Source of the DNA: Carpediemonas membranifera BICM | Taxonomy: Eukaryota > Protista > Fornicata | NCBI GenBank assembly: GCA_019828565.1 | Contig: JAHDYR010000038.1 | Location: 512,735-576,734 of the forward strand | Direction of reading: 5' to 3' | Length of the DNA: 64,000 nt | Shown: piece by piece, positions 36,837-48,300 of the stretch | Layout of the letters: each line of letters opens with the position of its first letter | How positions within the stretch are numbered: position 1 is the stretch's first letter | Notes under the pieces: model-generated | Databases searched by the model: none | Seen by the model: only the letters and a program-made list of their open reading frames with translations | What the model was told of the DNA's origin: nothing | Program-made: the position numbers and the translations under genes

Positions 36837-38060
36837 ATGAATTCAGAAGTGTCTGTACCAGAACCTATTGCTGCTACGCCCCCCATCAGACAGTATGGCA
36901 ACAGTAAGCTCGCAAATCTCCGTCGTTCATTTGTTACAGCCGTTGTTTCTTCAGTATTTGAGGACGACGAGGCAACTGACCTCGGCTTGAGTGCACGCGA
37001 CATCCATAAGGTACTTCTGGAGGTCCAGCGCAGGGTCGCCGCCGAATGCCCTGGGTTCAAGTCAATTGAACTCCGGGAACAGGTCAGGCGGACGACTGTT
37101 GTCGGCGTTACTACGTTTATAACAGCAGTTAGACCCTCTGCGGAGTACAATGGCTCTGTCATGCAGCACATTGCTGTCCGTAGTCAGCCCTGCCATGCCG
37201 AGTTCCGCCAGATGCTCTCAGAAGTTCTCTCAGATGCTGGACTGAACGATGTTTCCGACTCAATCAGCCTTGAGAACTTGCCTGTGATCAACCGGGTGAG
37301 ATATAAGCCTGTCAAGCAAAAGGCAACGGTCAAATCGACCCCGACTACGATGATCAAGGCAGAGATCCCACCGATACGGTCGACTACGCAACTGTCTTCA
37401 CTTGGTGTTGGTGATGAAGCAGACACACCTCAGTCAACGACAGATCGATCGGTGCCGGTTCGGAAGAAGATCGTCTTTGACGACGAGGAAGCCAAGCGAC
37501 CCAGGCTTGGTGACGACGATCTGCAGCAGGTGTCTAACAACGTGTCCGATGCTGTTGTTGACCGTATTAAGGTCCTGATCAACGACGTTGTCTCAGAGAC
37601 CCGTGTGAGAGACCCGCCTACCGAACCCGAGACATGTAAGACGACTTTCCTTAGCCTTCATCAGCGCAAAATGCTATTTGGATGTCTTGTGTGTGGTACC
37701 CCCGAGTGGTTCTTCAATCCAGACGGCACTACGTTCAGGAGATGCTGTGCTTGCAAAGGTTTCCTGCACGAGCAATGTGTCAGGACGAAGGGCAAGAAGG
37801 ACTACTGTCCCGCGTGCTATATTACCGGCTCTAGCAACAAGTGCCAGGCGTGCAAAAAGGGCCTAAGATCCAAGAACACGAAGAAAGCAGAAGAACAGGC
37901 TTCTACTCTTCTTTGCTGCCGAGGCTGTCACTGGTGGTACTGTGAGCATTGCTCTGAGGAAGTGCAGTACACCATTGATGGCAAGTTGTACATCGTTCCC
38001 CTCTGCAGCAAATGTAAGGTTGTCTATAAGCGAGTAGAGGGCATGAGACCGATTGTTTAG
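36837..38060 (+). CDS. F cargo: protein with C-terminal PHD-like zinc fingers
   Basis: CLVC...CCACKGFLHEQC...YCPAC (C4HC3), followed by a second Cys cluster CQAC...CRGCHWWYCEHC...CSKC. Confidence 0.72.
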   Translation: MNSEVSVPEPIAATPPIRQYGNSKLANLRRSFVTAVVSSVFEDDEATDLGLSARDIHKVLLEVQRRVAAECPGFKSIELREQVRRTTVVGVTTFITAVRPSAEYNGSVMQHIAVRSQPCHAEFRQMLSEVLSDAGLNDVSDSISLENLPVINRVRYKPVKQKATVKSTPTTMIKAEIPPIRSTTQLSSLGVGDEADTPQSTTDRSVPVRKKIVFDDEEAKRPRLGDDDLQQVSNNVSDAVVDRIKVLINDVVSETRVRDPPTEPETCKTTFLSLHQRKMLFGCLVCGTPEWFFNPDGTTFRRCCACKGFLHEQCVRTKGKKDYCPACYITGSSNKCQACKKGLRSKNTKKAEEQASTLLCCRGCHWWYCEHCSEEVQYTIDGKLYIVPLCSKCKVVYKRVEGMRPIV

Positions 38061-38254
38061 TGTTTAGTGAGAGATGATCATAAATTGTATATATATCTGT
38101 TTACTACACGTCTCTCTCAAGCGCACGGGTCATCATGCTTATGTATCGATCATTCATAAGTCTTCTCTGGTCGGTTCTTAACGGGTCATACTCGTTGACA
38201 TCAGAAACGATGTCTTGCATTTCAGGAAGAGGAATGGGCCGGGCATAGCTAGTC

Positions 38255-39109
38255 TCAGACATGATGACCCTGGCCTCGTTGGGAAATGACAAGGAACCAT
38301 TGGCTATAATCCGTCTTCCTGCTGAGCCAGGCGCGAAACGATAGCCAGAGAAGTACTTCGTCAGAAAGAAAAAGAGGATTGTCGAGGCATGTCACGCGGT
38401 AGAGCCAATAGGCGTCCTGGAGAACAAGCTCATGCGCCAGAACCTTCTCAGGAGTGAGGATAATGCATGTGTTCTTGTACTTGGCTGTCGAAATAGCACT
38501 GCACAGCTGAGACTCCTCAGATCTGTCGAGTCCGGAGCAGGTGGCAAAGTAAATCAGACGCACACGCGTCGATCTCACCAAGGAAGGGCTCTCGAATGAC
38601 CTGAGGATGAGCTGGACCAGATCATGGTGATACAGAAACTCGTTCGTAGACGTATCAATGATCATACGCGACGTTTCTGTATCAGAATGACCCGATATCA
38701 CCCAGTAAGTGTCGAAGTTAGAGTACTGCGACGCCAACTCCTCAAGTACCTCGGCCAGATGGGACGTAGACTTAAAGGTGCGGGCAACGGCAGTCAGCCA
38801 CTCATCATCAACGAGCTCTAGAGCCGTCTTGAGCTTGAAATGATAGCCAGATGAGTTGGCAAGACTTTCCACGCGGAAGACGGGGTAGGGCTGAGTCGGG
38901 GTCTCGAAACCATGCAGCGGCTCGATGGTGATTAGCACCCGTCGGTTAATCAACTTCTCTGTTGTAAAAGGACACTCGTGAGAGGAAGAAGACTTGAAAC
39001 CGATCCCGCGATGTCCACGCCTGAGCTGAACCTTACCACAGACACATTCAAAGACTTCTTGGTCCTTACTGATGCGTCGCGTGCCGAATTCTCCGTATTT
39101 CTCGTCCAT
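38255..39109 (-). CDS. F cargo: putative clan CD (caspase/CHAT-like) cysteine peptidase
   Basis: YWVISGHS...LIYFATCSG His-Cys dyad pattern; the C-terminus may extend to 38104 via a frameshift. Confidence 0.55.
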   Translation of the reverse strand: MDEKYGEFGTRRISKDQEVFECVCGKVQLRRGHRGIGFKSSSSHECPFTTEKLINRRVLITIEPLHGFETPTQPYPVFRVESLANSSGYHFKLKTALELVDDEWLTAVARTFKSTSHLAEVLEELASQYSNFDTYWVISGHSDTETSRMIIDTSTNEFLYHHDLVQLILRSFESPSLVRSTRVRLIYFATCSGLDRSEESQLCSAISTAKYKNTCIILTPEKVLAHELVLQDAYWLYRVTCLDNPLFLSDEVLLWLSFRAWLSRKTDYSQWFLVISQRGQGHHV

Positions 39110-39303
39110 TTGCAATGTGCCATTTTTTTTTCATGAATGGCACATTTTGATTTGAAGCAAAGGACAAGCTTTTGATCCAAGTAAAGAGGTATACCTTCAT
39201 TGCTACACTATTTATGCATGCTACTGCAGTATTGTTCGGATCTGATCAGCGATGCGCCTGTTCTTCGGATCGGGAGTTGCGAGAAAAAAAAGAGAACGAA
39301 GAT

Positions 39304-40253
39304 ATGGCGAGAAGAAAGATGCCCGCAAGGAAGCAGCAACCGGTAGGTAAGAGAAGGACTCAAAATCCACCCAACAAGACTTTTGAGTCATCTGCTTCTC
39401 CGCAGGATCAACGTCCTGCGGAAACGACTGTAACGGCAGCATCACCTCCTCCTCCGCCTCCCGAGTCGCCTTCCCATTCATCCAGCTCGTCTGAAGCCGA
39501 GGAGGACTCCGTCGAGGGGTCCGTCATGCACGTCCACCCTAGGTGGACGCATGTTTACCCGGGTTCAGACCTGCAGGACGTCAAGCGGCTGATTTCGGAT
39601 GAGATAAGCCTTCAGGCCATTCCTGCTCCGGCCTGGATCTCATCCGAGACCCGTTGCGACCCCCGTCTGACCCAGGAGCCCGACCATCCGGCCCTCAATC
39701 GGACGCAGAGCGTCGGCCGAGGCATGATTGCCACTGAGGATATCTCAGCTGGCACATGTCTCGGCATATACTCGGGAAGCTGATTCCCGATGCTGAGACG
39801 GCCAGCAACAACGGCCAGATGGTGTTTGTTTCGCATATTCCATTACCATTACACAGCATGTCATTCGCTGACAGTCAGGTCGCCGTCGATGCCATGTCGG
39901 CCGCAGCGGGTGTCCACCTGATTAACCACAGCCCTGACGATGTCAACTGTGAGTTCGTGGACGTCTTGGTGGATGGCCTGCCAGTGATATCGGTCAGGGC
40001 CACTGCCAACATCGTTCGCGGCGATTTCTTGCGCATCGATTATGGCGAGACCTACTTTGAGGCCGATGAAGAGGAGCACCCGGTTGCTCGCTTCAAGAGT
40101 CTCGCCATAGATGACCCTCACTACCTCGCTCGAAAGGTGGAGCAGTTCAAAATACTGCAGGTCAAGCCGCAGCCCCGCAAGCGGAAGACCAAGTCCAACC
40201 CCGCCCGTAAGCGCTTCCACACTGCGCGCATGACTCAAGGCAAGAGTGAATAA
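39304..40253 (+). CDS. F cargo: SET-domain lysine methyltransferase (1-nt frameshift near 39778)
   Basis: GRGMIATEDISAGTCLGIYSG; HLINHSPDDVNC; VRATANIVRGDFLRIDYG; basic NLS-like termini. Confidence 0.82.
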
Positions 40254-40283
40254 ACTTGAAGAGATATCAATTCAATCAATCAT

Positions 40284-41179
40284 TTATGAGCGGGTGACAT
40301 CCTCCGGACGAGTAGCACGCTTCTCGGGCTCTGCGGCAGCTGCCTTGCGCTTGCGGTCCGGAAGACTGTAGACACAGGCATGACGATTCTCGATGACGAT
40401 GAACTGAGTGAGCTTCATGCTCTCACAAAGACCTAAGATCTTGTCCAGCGTCGCATCCTGGATGGGCAAGAACTCTGAATCTTCCCAACCTTTGTGGACC
40501 CAGAGGCAGGTAAGGTCCTCGTCGATCTGGGTGATGATTACCGGAGTGTGACTCAGCTCTACACTGGCCTGGATGGCCTCATGGTCTGCCCAGGGGAAAG
40601 GGGAGCCAGGCATCTCAGAGAACGGGTCGCCCTCGAACCCCTTGCCCTCACAGAAGGATCGGATGTCCTCGTACAGCTGAAGCTTCTCACCAACAGTAGG
40701 CTGGGACCCAGTCCTGATGAGATGCATGGCGCTGAGAATGCATGAGCCATCCCCAGGCACCTCAGACCGCTTCAGAGAGCTTGTATCGTTCTTAAACTTC
40801 TTAGCGGTCTTCTCCATGATGGTCTGGACGTCATCTTTGGGGTCTGCGGCCACCAAAGCCTCCCGATCCAGGTCTATGACCTCAGCCTCCTTCTTCAAGG
40901 GCACAAGCTTCTCCGTCTCGAGCTTTTCAATCTTGGCCCGGCTCGCCAAAGCTCCCTCTTCAAATCACGGATCGCACCGTTGTGTTCCACGGCAAGATGG
41001 CGGCGCAGGAGGCGCGATGTGCCACTCAGGGTACTTCTGTGGACGGGAGAGTCCATCAGAAGCGCGTCCAGGTGCCTTATCCGGTCGAACTGCACGTCGA
41101 CCGGGTCCGACAGCTCAGGCTCGGCGTTGTTCTTGAACGAACGGACGACCCCCGACCTTCCTGGCTTCACCTTGCGCAT
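40284..41179 (-). CDS. F cargo: OTU-family deubiquitinase-like protein
   Basis: VPGDGSCILSAM (catalytic D..C), PWADHEAIQA, ENRHAC (His). The 5' part (40895-41179) probably joins by a frameshift near 40950. Confidence 0.72.
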
Positions 41180-41220
41180 TATGCGCTCACGGAGCAGCGA
41201 AAGGACTGAATAAGCAGGAG

Positions 41221-41656
41221 TTATTTGGAGTACTTACCTCCAACGTCGTGCTCGTGATCCGAAGACACTTCTCGGCGGACCTTCTGGACAAGGCTGTCGT
41301 AGGCATGATCTCCCATGACCTTCTTCAGCTCAGCCGATGTCGTGATCAGCTCAAGCTGAGCCTCGGCAGTTTCTCTTAGGTGCAGGATAAGGTGAGGCGA
41401 CCTGAAGAGCTTGCGAAGCGTTTTCCAGCCAATATCTGTGTAAAAAGGTATGGGGAAAGTACTTACGATCACGAAGAAGGGCGGTGAGGATCTTGTCATC
41501 GGGCAGAAGGAACTTACGAAGAAGTGAGCACTTGATCATCTCCTGCGCGTTTGATGAGGCCTGACTGATCTCAGCGCTGTCATAGAAGATAAAGAACTGC
41601 TTACCAAACGTTTTCGAACGCTTCAAGAGCATGTAGAAGTCGAAAACCGATTGCAT
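41221..41656 (-). CDS. F cargo: hypothetical 134-aa protein with a 31-nt intron (41436-41466)
   Basis: Splicing GTAAGT...ACACAG joins ORFs 41351-41656 and 41221-41499 in frame (LRD|HIGWKTL). Confidence 0.6.
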
Positions 41657-42282
41657 GATTATAAGGCTCTCAGGACCTAATGAAAAAATTCATAAGGCTC
41701 TGAGAGCCTTATACACGATTTCGAATTGGTGTATAAGGCTCTGAGAGCCTTATGAACTCAGAGGAGGTCCTCGGGGCACTTCGGTGCAGAATTTTGATTG
41801 GGCATCTGATTGGACCATGGGGCGGATGCTCAGAGGGATGAATGCGAGCTCAATGGAGACCATTGGACATGTCAGAGATGGCATGTCCAGGTGAAGGTCC
41901 ATCATGGAAGGAGCCATTCACGATAAGTCTTCTAAATGTTGTGTTGCGAGCGTCTGAAGGGCTTTCTCTGGATACCGACCAAGATGGAGGTCACGTGGAT
42001 CAACGGACGATAATTGCGGTATTCTGGCCTTGTATGCCACTCTTAAATCCATTGTTTGATCCATTCCCGCGTTTATAGTTCATCTCAACGCTTCCTCGAC
42101 GAGTTACAATTGTTGATGTTGTTTAGGTTCTATTACAGGCCATTCGAGGCCACAGAGCTCTCATGATGTTGTTTTAGTGATATACACATGCTTGCCAGCG
42201 TTTGAGGATCGATACTCTTCTCCTTTCTTCGTTTGGTTTTCTAATTTCGTTGCGAGCATAAAGTGCACCTTGAAGAAACGTT

Positions 42283-42969
42283 ATGCCTCCGAAACGGAGT
42301 AATACTGCTAAGAGCAAGGGCAGAAAGCGTCTAAACGCTGTGGAAATGATTTCTACTTACTTAGAGAAGGAGCACGCTGCTGGAAGCATCTCCGCTGCCG
42401 ATGTCGCCACCGGAAACCGCATTTGCAATGAGGTGGTTGACAGACGCCCCAATGACCTCCCCACATTCGTTCCGGAGGATCTTAGGGATGAAGCGGAGTT
42501 CCGTTCTCTCGATAGCATTGAGCAGATCATGGCGCAGTACAAGGGCGAGTCTTCTGAGGCCAAGGAGAAGCGCTTCAGGGCCCTCATCAGCCTGGACGCC
42601 GAAGGAGATGAGGTCGACCATGGCAGCCCTCTCTTGGCAACTGTCCGTGAGTACCGCGAGCTGTTCCACGGCATCCCTCAGTCGGTCCGCCCCCGCGCTT
42701 ACGCCTTCGTCGCCCAGAGGCTTGGTATCTCTGTCGACAAGGTCAGAGAGGTCCTTCTGGAGAGTGTGTGCCGCAAGGACTCTAAGCTCATCTTCGAGCG
42801 TCCGCAGCTTGTCCTCAAGAAGCACTCGAAGACCTTCAAGGACCTCGCCGCTGTGATTGAGAAGAGGAACGCTGCCCGTGCCGCTGCAGAGGCTCGTGAT
42901 GTTCTGCGTATACCCGTTTACGCGAGCCTCCTGCTCTTCCACGCAGCTAACGTCAACTCAAATGAGTAA
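42283..42969 (+). CDS. F cargo: hypothetical nuclear protein, possible HTH
   Basis: MPPKRS...KGRKR NLS-like start; AFVAQRLGISVDKVREVL resembles an HTH. Confidence 0.55.
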   Translation: MPPKRSNTAKSKGRKRLNAVEMISTYLEKEHAAGSISAADVATGNRICNEVVDRRPNDLPTFVPEDLRDEAEFRSLDSIEQIMAQYKGESSEAKEKRFRALISLDAEGDEVDHGSPLLATVREYRELFHGIPQSVRPRAYAFVAQRLGISVDKVREVLLESVCRKDSKLIFERPQLVLKKHSKTFKDLAAVIEKRNAARAAAEARDVLRIPVYASLLLFHAANVNSNE

Positions 42970-42989
42970 TAAATCGACTGCTTCTTCAT

Positions 42990-43946
42990 TTAATCTTCAT
43001 TCTCTTCCTCATCTTCCTTCTCAGACAGCAGATGGTACCACTCTTCCTCGAAATAGTTCTCTTTCTGGTAATCCTTACGCATCTTTGATCTCTTATCCAC
43101 GATCTTTTGGACCAAATCCCTTCGGTTGCTGTCGTAAAGGGCGATGATTATCTCACGTTGCTTCTTGCGCGTCGGGTGCGGGGTAACACTCTTCCTCAGA
43201 CGCTTAATGTAGCGGTTGAGCTTGTCCGAGGGCTTGGTGGGCAGGGTGGGTTGGGTGGCTTGGGTTCTCTTTGGGGGAGGCTGGACCTGGTCCACAGAAG
43301 TGAAAGCCGTACCGTAGTCGACGGACGGGGGAGCCCTCCAGGACTTCATGGCATATCCATGGCAAGCAACGAGACTCTCACCGAGCTTCGTCCACTTGTT
43401 CGGGCCGTATGTTGCCTCCATGGTCACCAGTTTCGCATCATCCAGGTACTCCATCGTGGACTTTTGCTTGGAGATGGACATCCCCATACGCTGGTAGGCT
43501 GGCACAAGAGAACTTACACACTGCAGACGGATCCTCTGTCCGGCAGAGGCAACCGAAAGAAGAATCGTGGCGAGACCATTGCCCCTGGCATAGAATGCCG
43601 TGCGAATAACCACAACATATAAGTCCTGGCGCAGCTCGGAAGGGGTTTCATCAGTAGCTTCGGTGTTGTATGACTCCTTCGTGAGCAACAAGGCCGAAAT
43701 GATGGAATCAGTCTTGCAGTCACGAATCGCAACCAATCTGGGTAAATACCTGGGCAACACTGGGTGAACAAACATGAAGAAGCGATGATCGATGTCATCA
43801 ACTCCTCTCGTGGCAACGTCCTGCTTAAAAAACGTACGGACACTGGGGATGATGTCTGACTTATCAGAAAGTCTTACGTACTGTATATAAGCCTTATGGG
43901 CTGCAAGAGTATCCTCTGTCCAAGATTCTTTCCCCGTTTGGTTCAT
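42990..43946 (-). CDS. F cargo: GNAT-family acetyltransferase-like protein
   Basis: Motif A (LYVVVIRTAFYARGNGLATILL) and motif B (RLQCVSSLVPAYQRMGM); basic/acidic C-terminal tail. Confidence 0.68.
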   Translation of the reverse strand: MNQTGKESWTEDTLAAHKAYIQYVRLSDKSDIIPSVRTFFKQDVATRGVDDIDHRFFMFVHPVLPRYLPRLVAIRDCKTDSIISALLLTKESYNTEATDETPSELRQDLYVVVIRTAFYARGNGLATILLSVASAGQRIRLQCVSSLVPAYQRMGMSISKQKSTMEYLDDAKLVTMEATYGPNKWTKLGESLVACHGYAMKSWRAPPSVDYGTAFTSVDQVQPPPKRTQATQPTLPTKPSDKLNRYIKRLRKSVTPHPTRKKQREIIIALYDSNRRDLVQKIVDKRSKMRKDYQKENYFEEEWYHLLSEKEDEEENED

Positions 43947-45342
43947 TTTCACAAACTTTTGTGAAACCTGCGAAATGTGAAATGTGCCATTCATGAAAAA
44001 AAAGTGGCACATATGAAAAATGAATGAATTTATCACGGAACCATCTTACATCACTTTATATCACGCGGATGCCTCAATTCTGTCTGCTACACTCTCCACA
44101 CAGGCAGCAAACTAACTCTATGCCATGGTCCGCCAGACTGCATGACATCGTGCCCTCCTCACCCCACGTCAGCGTCGTATGCTCTTCTACAAACTCCCAC
44201 ACTTCATCAACAGTCTCCTGAAAGGTCTGGATCATCTCACGAGTTGGCTCGAAGGTCACGGTGGTCAGTGTGCGGACACCAAACCAATGCTTCGCATCCT
44301 TACAGCAGTCGTGAACTCGCACACACTTGAGTCGCTGGAGCTGGGGGACAGAGTAGTCCTGCCGACCAAAAAGAACGCATGCCCGTCAGGAAGGAACACG
44401 CGAGAGTTGTCTGCTCGATCAAGCAAATGCCCTCAAGGACTGCCTTCCTGTGCAACTTGGCTGCTACCTCCTGGTTCTTGATGAACTCTCGCTCAAAGTA
44501 CTCCTCTAGGATATAGAACAGCGGCACCTTGAGATGCTTGTGGCACAGGGGCTGCGTCGTGAGTCTGCTGATGCTGTAGAGGTTCTCAGCGCACGGTTTC
44601 TCCTTCGTCTTCGCTTCGCTGCTTGATAGCAGGGATATGGAAGTCTTATCCTTGTTAGGAATGAACGCAATCGTGACGTGAATGAGGTGGGCCACTGCGG
44701 CAGCCATGAAGTGAAACGCGACAGCCGCGTCAGTCACAGGTTCGGACGAGTAGTACATGGCCTGGAGGTAGCCAATGAGCCGAATGATATCTTGAATGCA
44801 CTCAGGGAGAGCAACGTAGTCCTCTTGGGTCTCTTGGGTACGACATACGGCCAAGCTTGAGGTTGAGGAGCTTATTCTGGATGATCTCCTCGCGGGACCC
44901 GCGGGTGGTGGGATGCTTCTTGAAAGAACCACAGATATGGGCAACCTGCTCGAGTAAACGGTGCGAGTCGTGCATGAATGGAGGGCATATGACGATCTTC
45001 TCAAGAGGGATGACACTACAATTCTCGAACACCATGCGTTCATTGGTGAAATCGCCATAGATTGCAAGTACATCTTGAACTCGGTTCGGGTCGTCGACTT
45101 CAGCCTGGTATGCTGTCTTATCGTCCAGGTTGTCCTTGATGGTGAGACGATGGCGGCCTGCTATCGGGTGGAGCGCCTTACTTTTGTGGTAAATCGTGTT
45201 GCAAGGGTGTGGATAGTTGGGCCGGCCCGACTTTCTGGACAGCATGTGGCGGAGGGCGGCATGATCGCCCATGACGATGACATGGTCGAAGATTGTGACC
45301 TCACCAGTGTCTCTGATGGGTATCTGACTCGTGTATAGGCGC

Positions 45343-48300
45343 TGTCATAAGGCATCCACGTCCGCAGTTTATGTAAATGTTCCAATCTCTTCGCCCCGGC
45401 ACAGTGATCACTTTCCGAAATGAATAATTGGATTCCGCCATCACTATCGGACTTCTCTAGAGAGTCCGTTCGCGCGTTCAAACGCGCCCTCACGTTCGCG
45501 CAGAAGCATGCTCCTACCACAACCGTCATAACGGCTTACGAGTGCCTCACCGAGGATCAAGTCAGTCATGTCCGATTTGTCCGCAACGTCGACGTCGAAG
45601 CACTCAACGACGCAGAACTTCTCGCCGAAATCACCGCTCTTTCTTTCCCGAGAACCCTTGAGAAAACCATCCAAGAAATCCGGGCCCTCACGCAGGACCG
45701 AACCAAGTCCACGATCGAGGCCGTATCTCGTCTCATGGCTGAGACCGAGGAGCTGCGCTCCCACGCCCATGCCCTTCTCAACGCCGAGCTCGGCGCCAAG
45801 CCAGAGCCCGAGCCCGCCGAGGTGGATGAAGACGAGGCCGCCCTCAGCAAGGTCATCACCCAGAAGCCAGACAGCACGCCGAGTGAGCAGGACACCCCGA
45901 GAAAAGCCAGCCCCACCCGCGGACTCGATAAGATCATCGCCAAAGCTTTTATCGCCGCCCTTCGCCCGGTCTCACTTGCCAACCGTATTCAGCAAAAGTG
46001 GGACCTCTCTGGCGCCCGGGACATCGATAGCTTATTTGTGCACACGCGCGAGCTCATACTGCACGCCATTGACGCCCGTGAAGTCCTCGGAAGCGTGATT
46101 CAAGACATATCCATCACATCCTCCAGCACGAGCTCCATCACGAGCTCCAGCACTGGCCCGAAACATAGCCAGAACGCCAACACCAGATCCCGCCGCGAGC
46201 GCCGGCGCCCTCCTCCATACGCGTGCTCCTGTGGAGGCATGCACTGGAAGGCTGATTGCCCGCACCGCGGCAGCACGCCCGGACAGCCCCAGGCTACCAA
46301 AGGCCACCCCGCCGCGGCCCGCGACGCCAGACCGGCACATCAGCCGCAACGCCAGCCCCAAGCGGCCAACAAACCGGCCCAGCCACAGCCGGCACCAGCT
46401 GCTCAGAAGCAGCAGCAACAGTCATCCCAGCAGCCACAGCCTCGCCCCGACGAGAGACGCGCTGGGAACATGGTGCTCCGGGACAGATCCAAGCTGATCA
46501 ACTCTCGTCCAGGAGTCCACGAAGTCGAAGTCGCACACAATGCTTGTGATGATGCCTTTATCGAAGAAGTTGCCGCTTCAACTGCATTCTCAGTTAAGGG
46601 AGCTGTGAATGACCAAGAACAGGTGATATTGATCGATAGCGGCTCCGCAATCACGATCATCTCCACAACCTCCGTTAAGACGCTCCAACTCGTCACACAT
46701 GAGCTTGAAAAGCCATTTACTGTTCAGTCCGTTACCAATGAGCCCATCCTCATCACTCACTACGTCCAAGCGCGGATCACGTTGCCCAGCACATCTGGAA
46801 ACGTCATCGTCGATCTCATCCTCTACATCATGACGCGCGCCACTGAACGTGTGCTCATTGGATGCGACGTGCTTCGCGCGCTCGGTTATCTCTCCGAGAG
46901 TGGCCTCCACATCCCACTTCTTCCGGATTCACGCCCGGAGGACGCCACCGATGGCCTCCCACTCCACAAGTACCTCGACGCCCCCGTCGAGGCCGTCTCC
47001 CTCAAGCGAGTTTCACACCGACGCGTGTGAGATACACGAGCTCTCCACCAAGGCCCAGACCGACGAGCTACATTCGATCCTCCGTCGGTTCGATCACCTA
47101 TTCGACCCCGTCATAAGCAAACAGCCGTGCTCGTTTGCCCCTATGCGCATCCCGCTTTACGACAACGCCCCTCCGATCCGTCTTCGCCCGCGCAACCTAC
47201 ACCCGAAGAAGCTGGAGTGGCTGTTGCCATACGTCGAGCGCCTGCGCCAGGACGAGATCACACAGCCCTCTGAGGGGCCTTACGCAAGCCCCATCGTCCT
47301 GGTCGCAAAGGGCGACGCCTACCGTCTCTGTATCGACTACGGCCGCCTCAACTCTTGGACAGTACCCGACCGGCACCCGATCCCCAACATGCGAGAACTC
47401 CTCAACCTCGCGTCGGGCTGCACACGCTTTGCGACGCTAGACCTGACGTCGGGCTACTGGCAGGTGGCCATGCACCCAGACGACGTGCCTAAGACGGCCT
47501 TCACCGCCCCGGGCGTCTACGAGGAATTCCTCAGGATGCCGTTCGGCCTTTGCAACGCGCCTTCTCACTTCCAGCGGGAGATCGAAGGCATGCTCGCCCC
47601 ACTGTTGTACAAGGGCGCCAACCCCTACATCGACGACATATTCATCTACGCCCGTGACGATGACTCCTTCCTACGCATTCTCCGCGACCTGCTCACACGC
47701 GCGGACGCTGCAGGCGTTCAGTTCAGCGCCAAGAAGGGAGTCTTCGGCACCACCAGCGCCAAGATTGTCGGCTTTACGGTCGACCAGGCCGGAGTACACG
47801 TCGACCCAGCCAGGACCCAAGCCCTACGCGATCTACCTGCACCCACCAACGTCCACGAGCTTCGCGTAGTCCTCGGACAGTTCCAGTACCTCGCATCATT
47901 CGTTCCCCATACACGACACGAGTACATGAGACCTCTCAACGATCTTCTGCAAAAGGACCGTCTGTGGGAATGGACAGCGGAGCACGACGCCGCTTTCGAC
48001 GGCCTGAAGACCCTGTTCACTGACGATCTCTTTATCGCACATCCGGACGCCGACGCCGACTGGACGCTCGAGACAGACGCTAGCAACATCGGAGCAGGCG
48101 GCGTACTATGGCAGACAAAGGACGACAAGACACAGGTCCTCGCCTACTTCTCTCACACATTCACGTCAACCCAGTCGCGCTGGGCCACGTGTGAGCAGGA
48201 GCTATTTGCCATTGTCTTTTGCCTTACACACCCGACCCTGTCACCCCTCCTACGCCTGAAGAGGTTCCTCCTACGGACCGACCACCGTAATCTTATTTAC

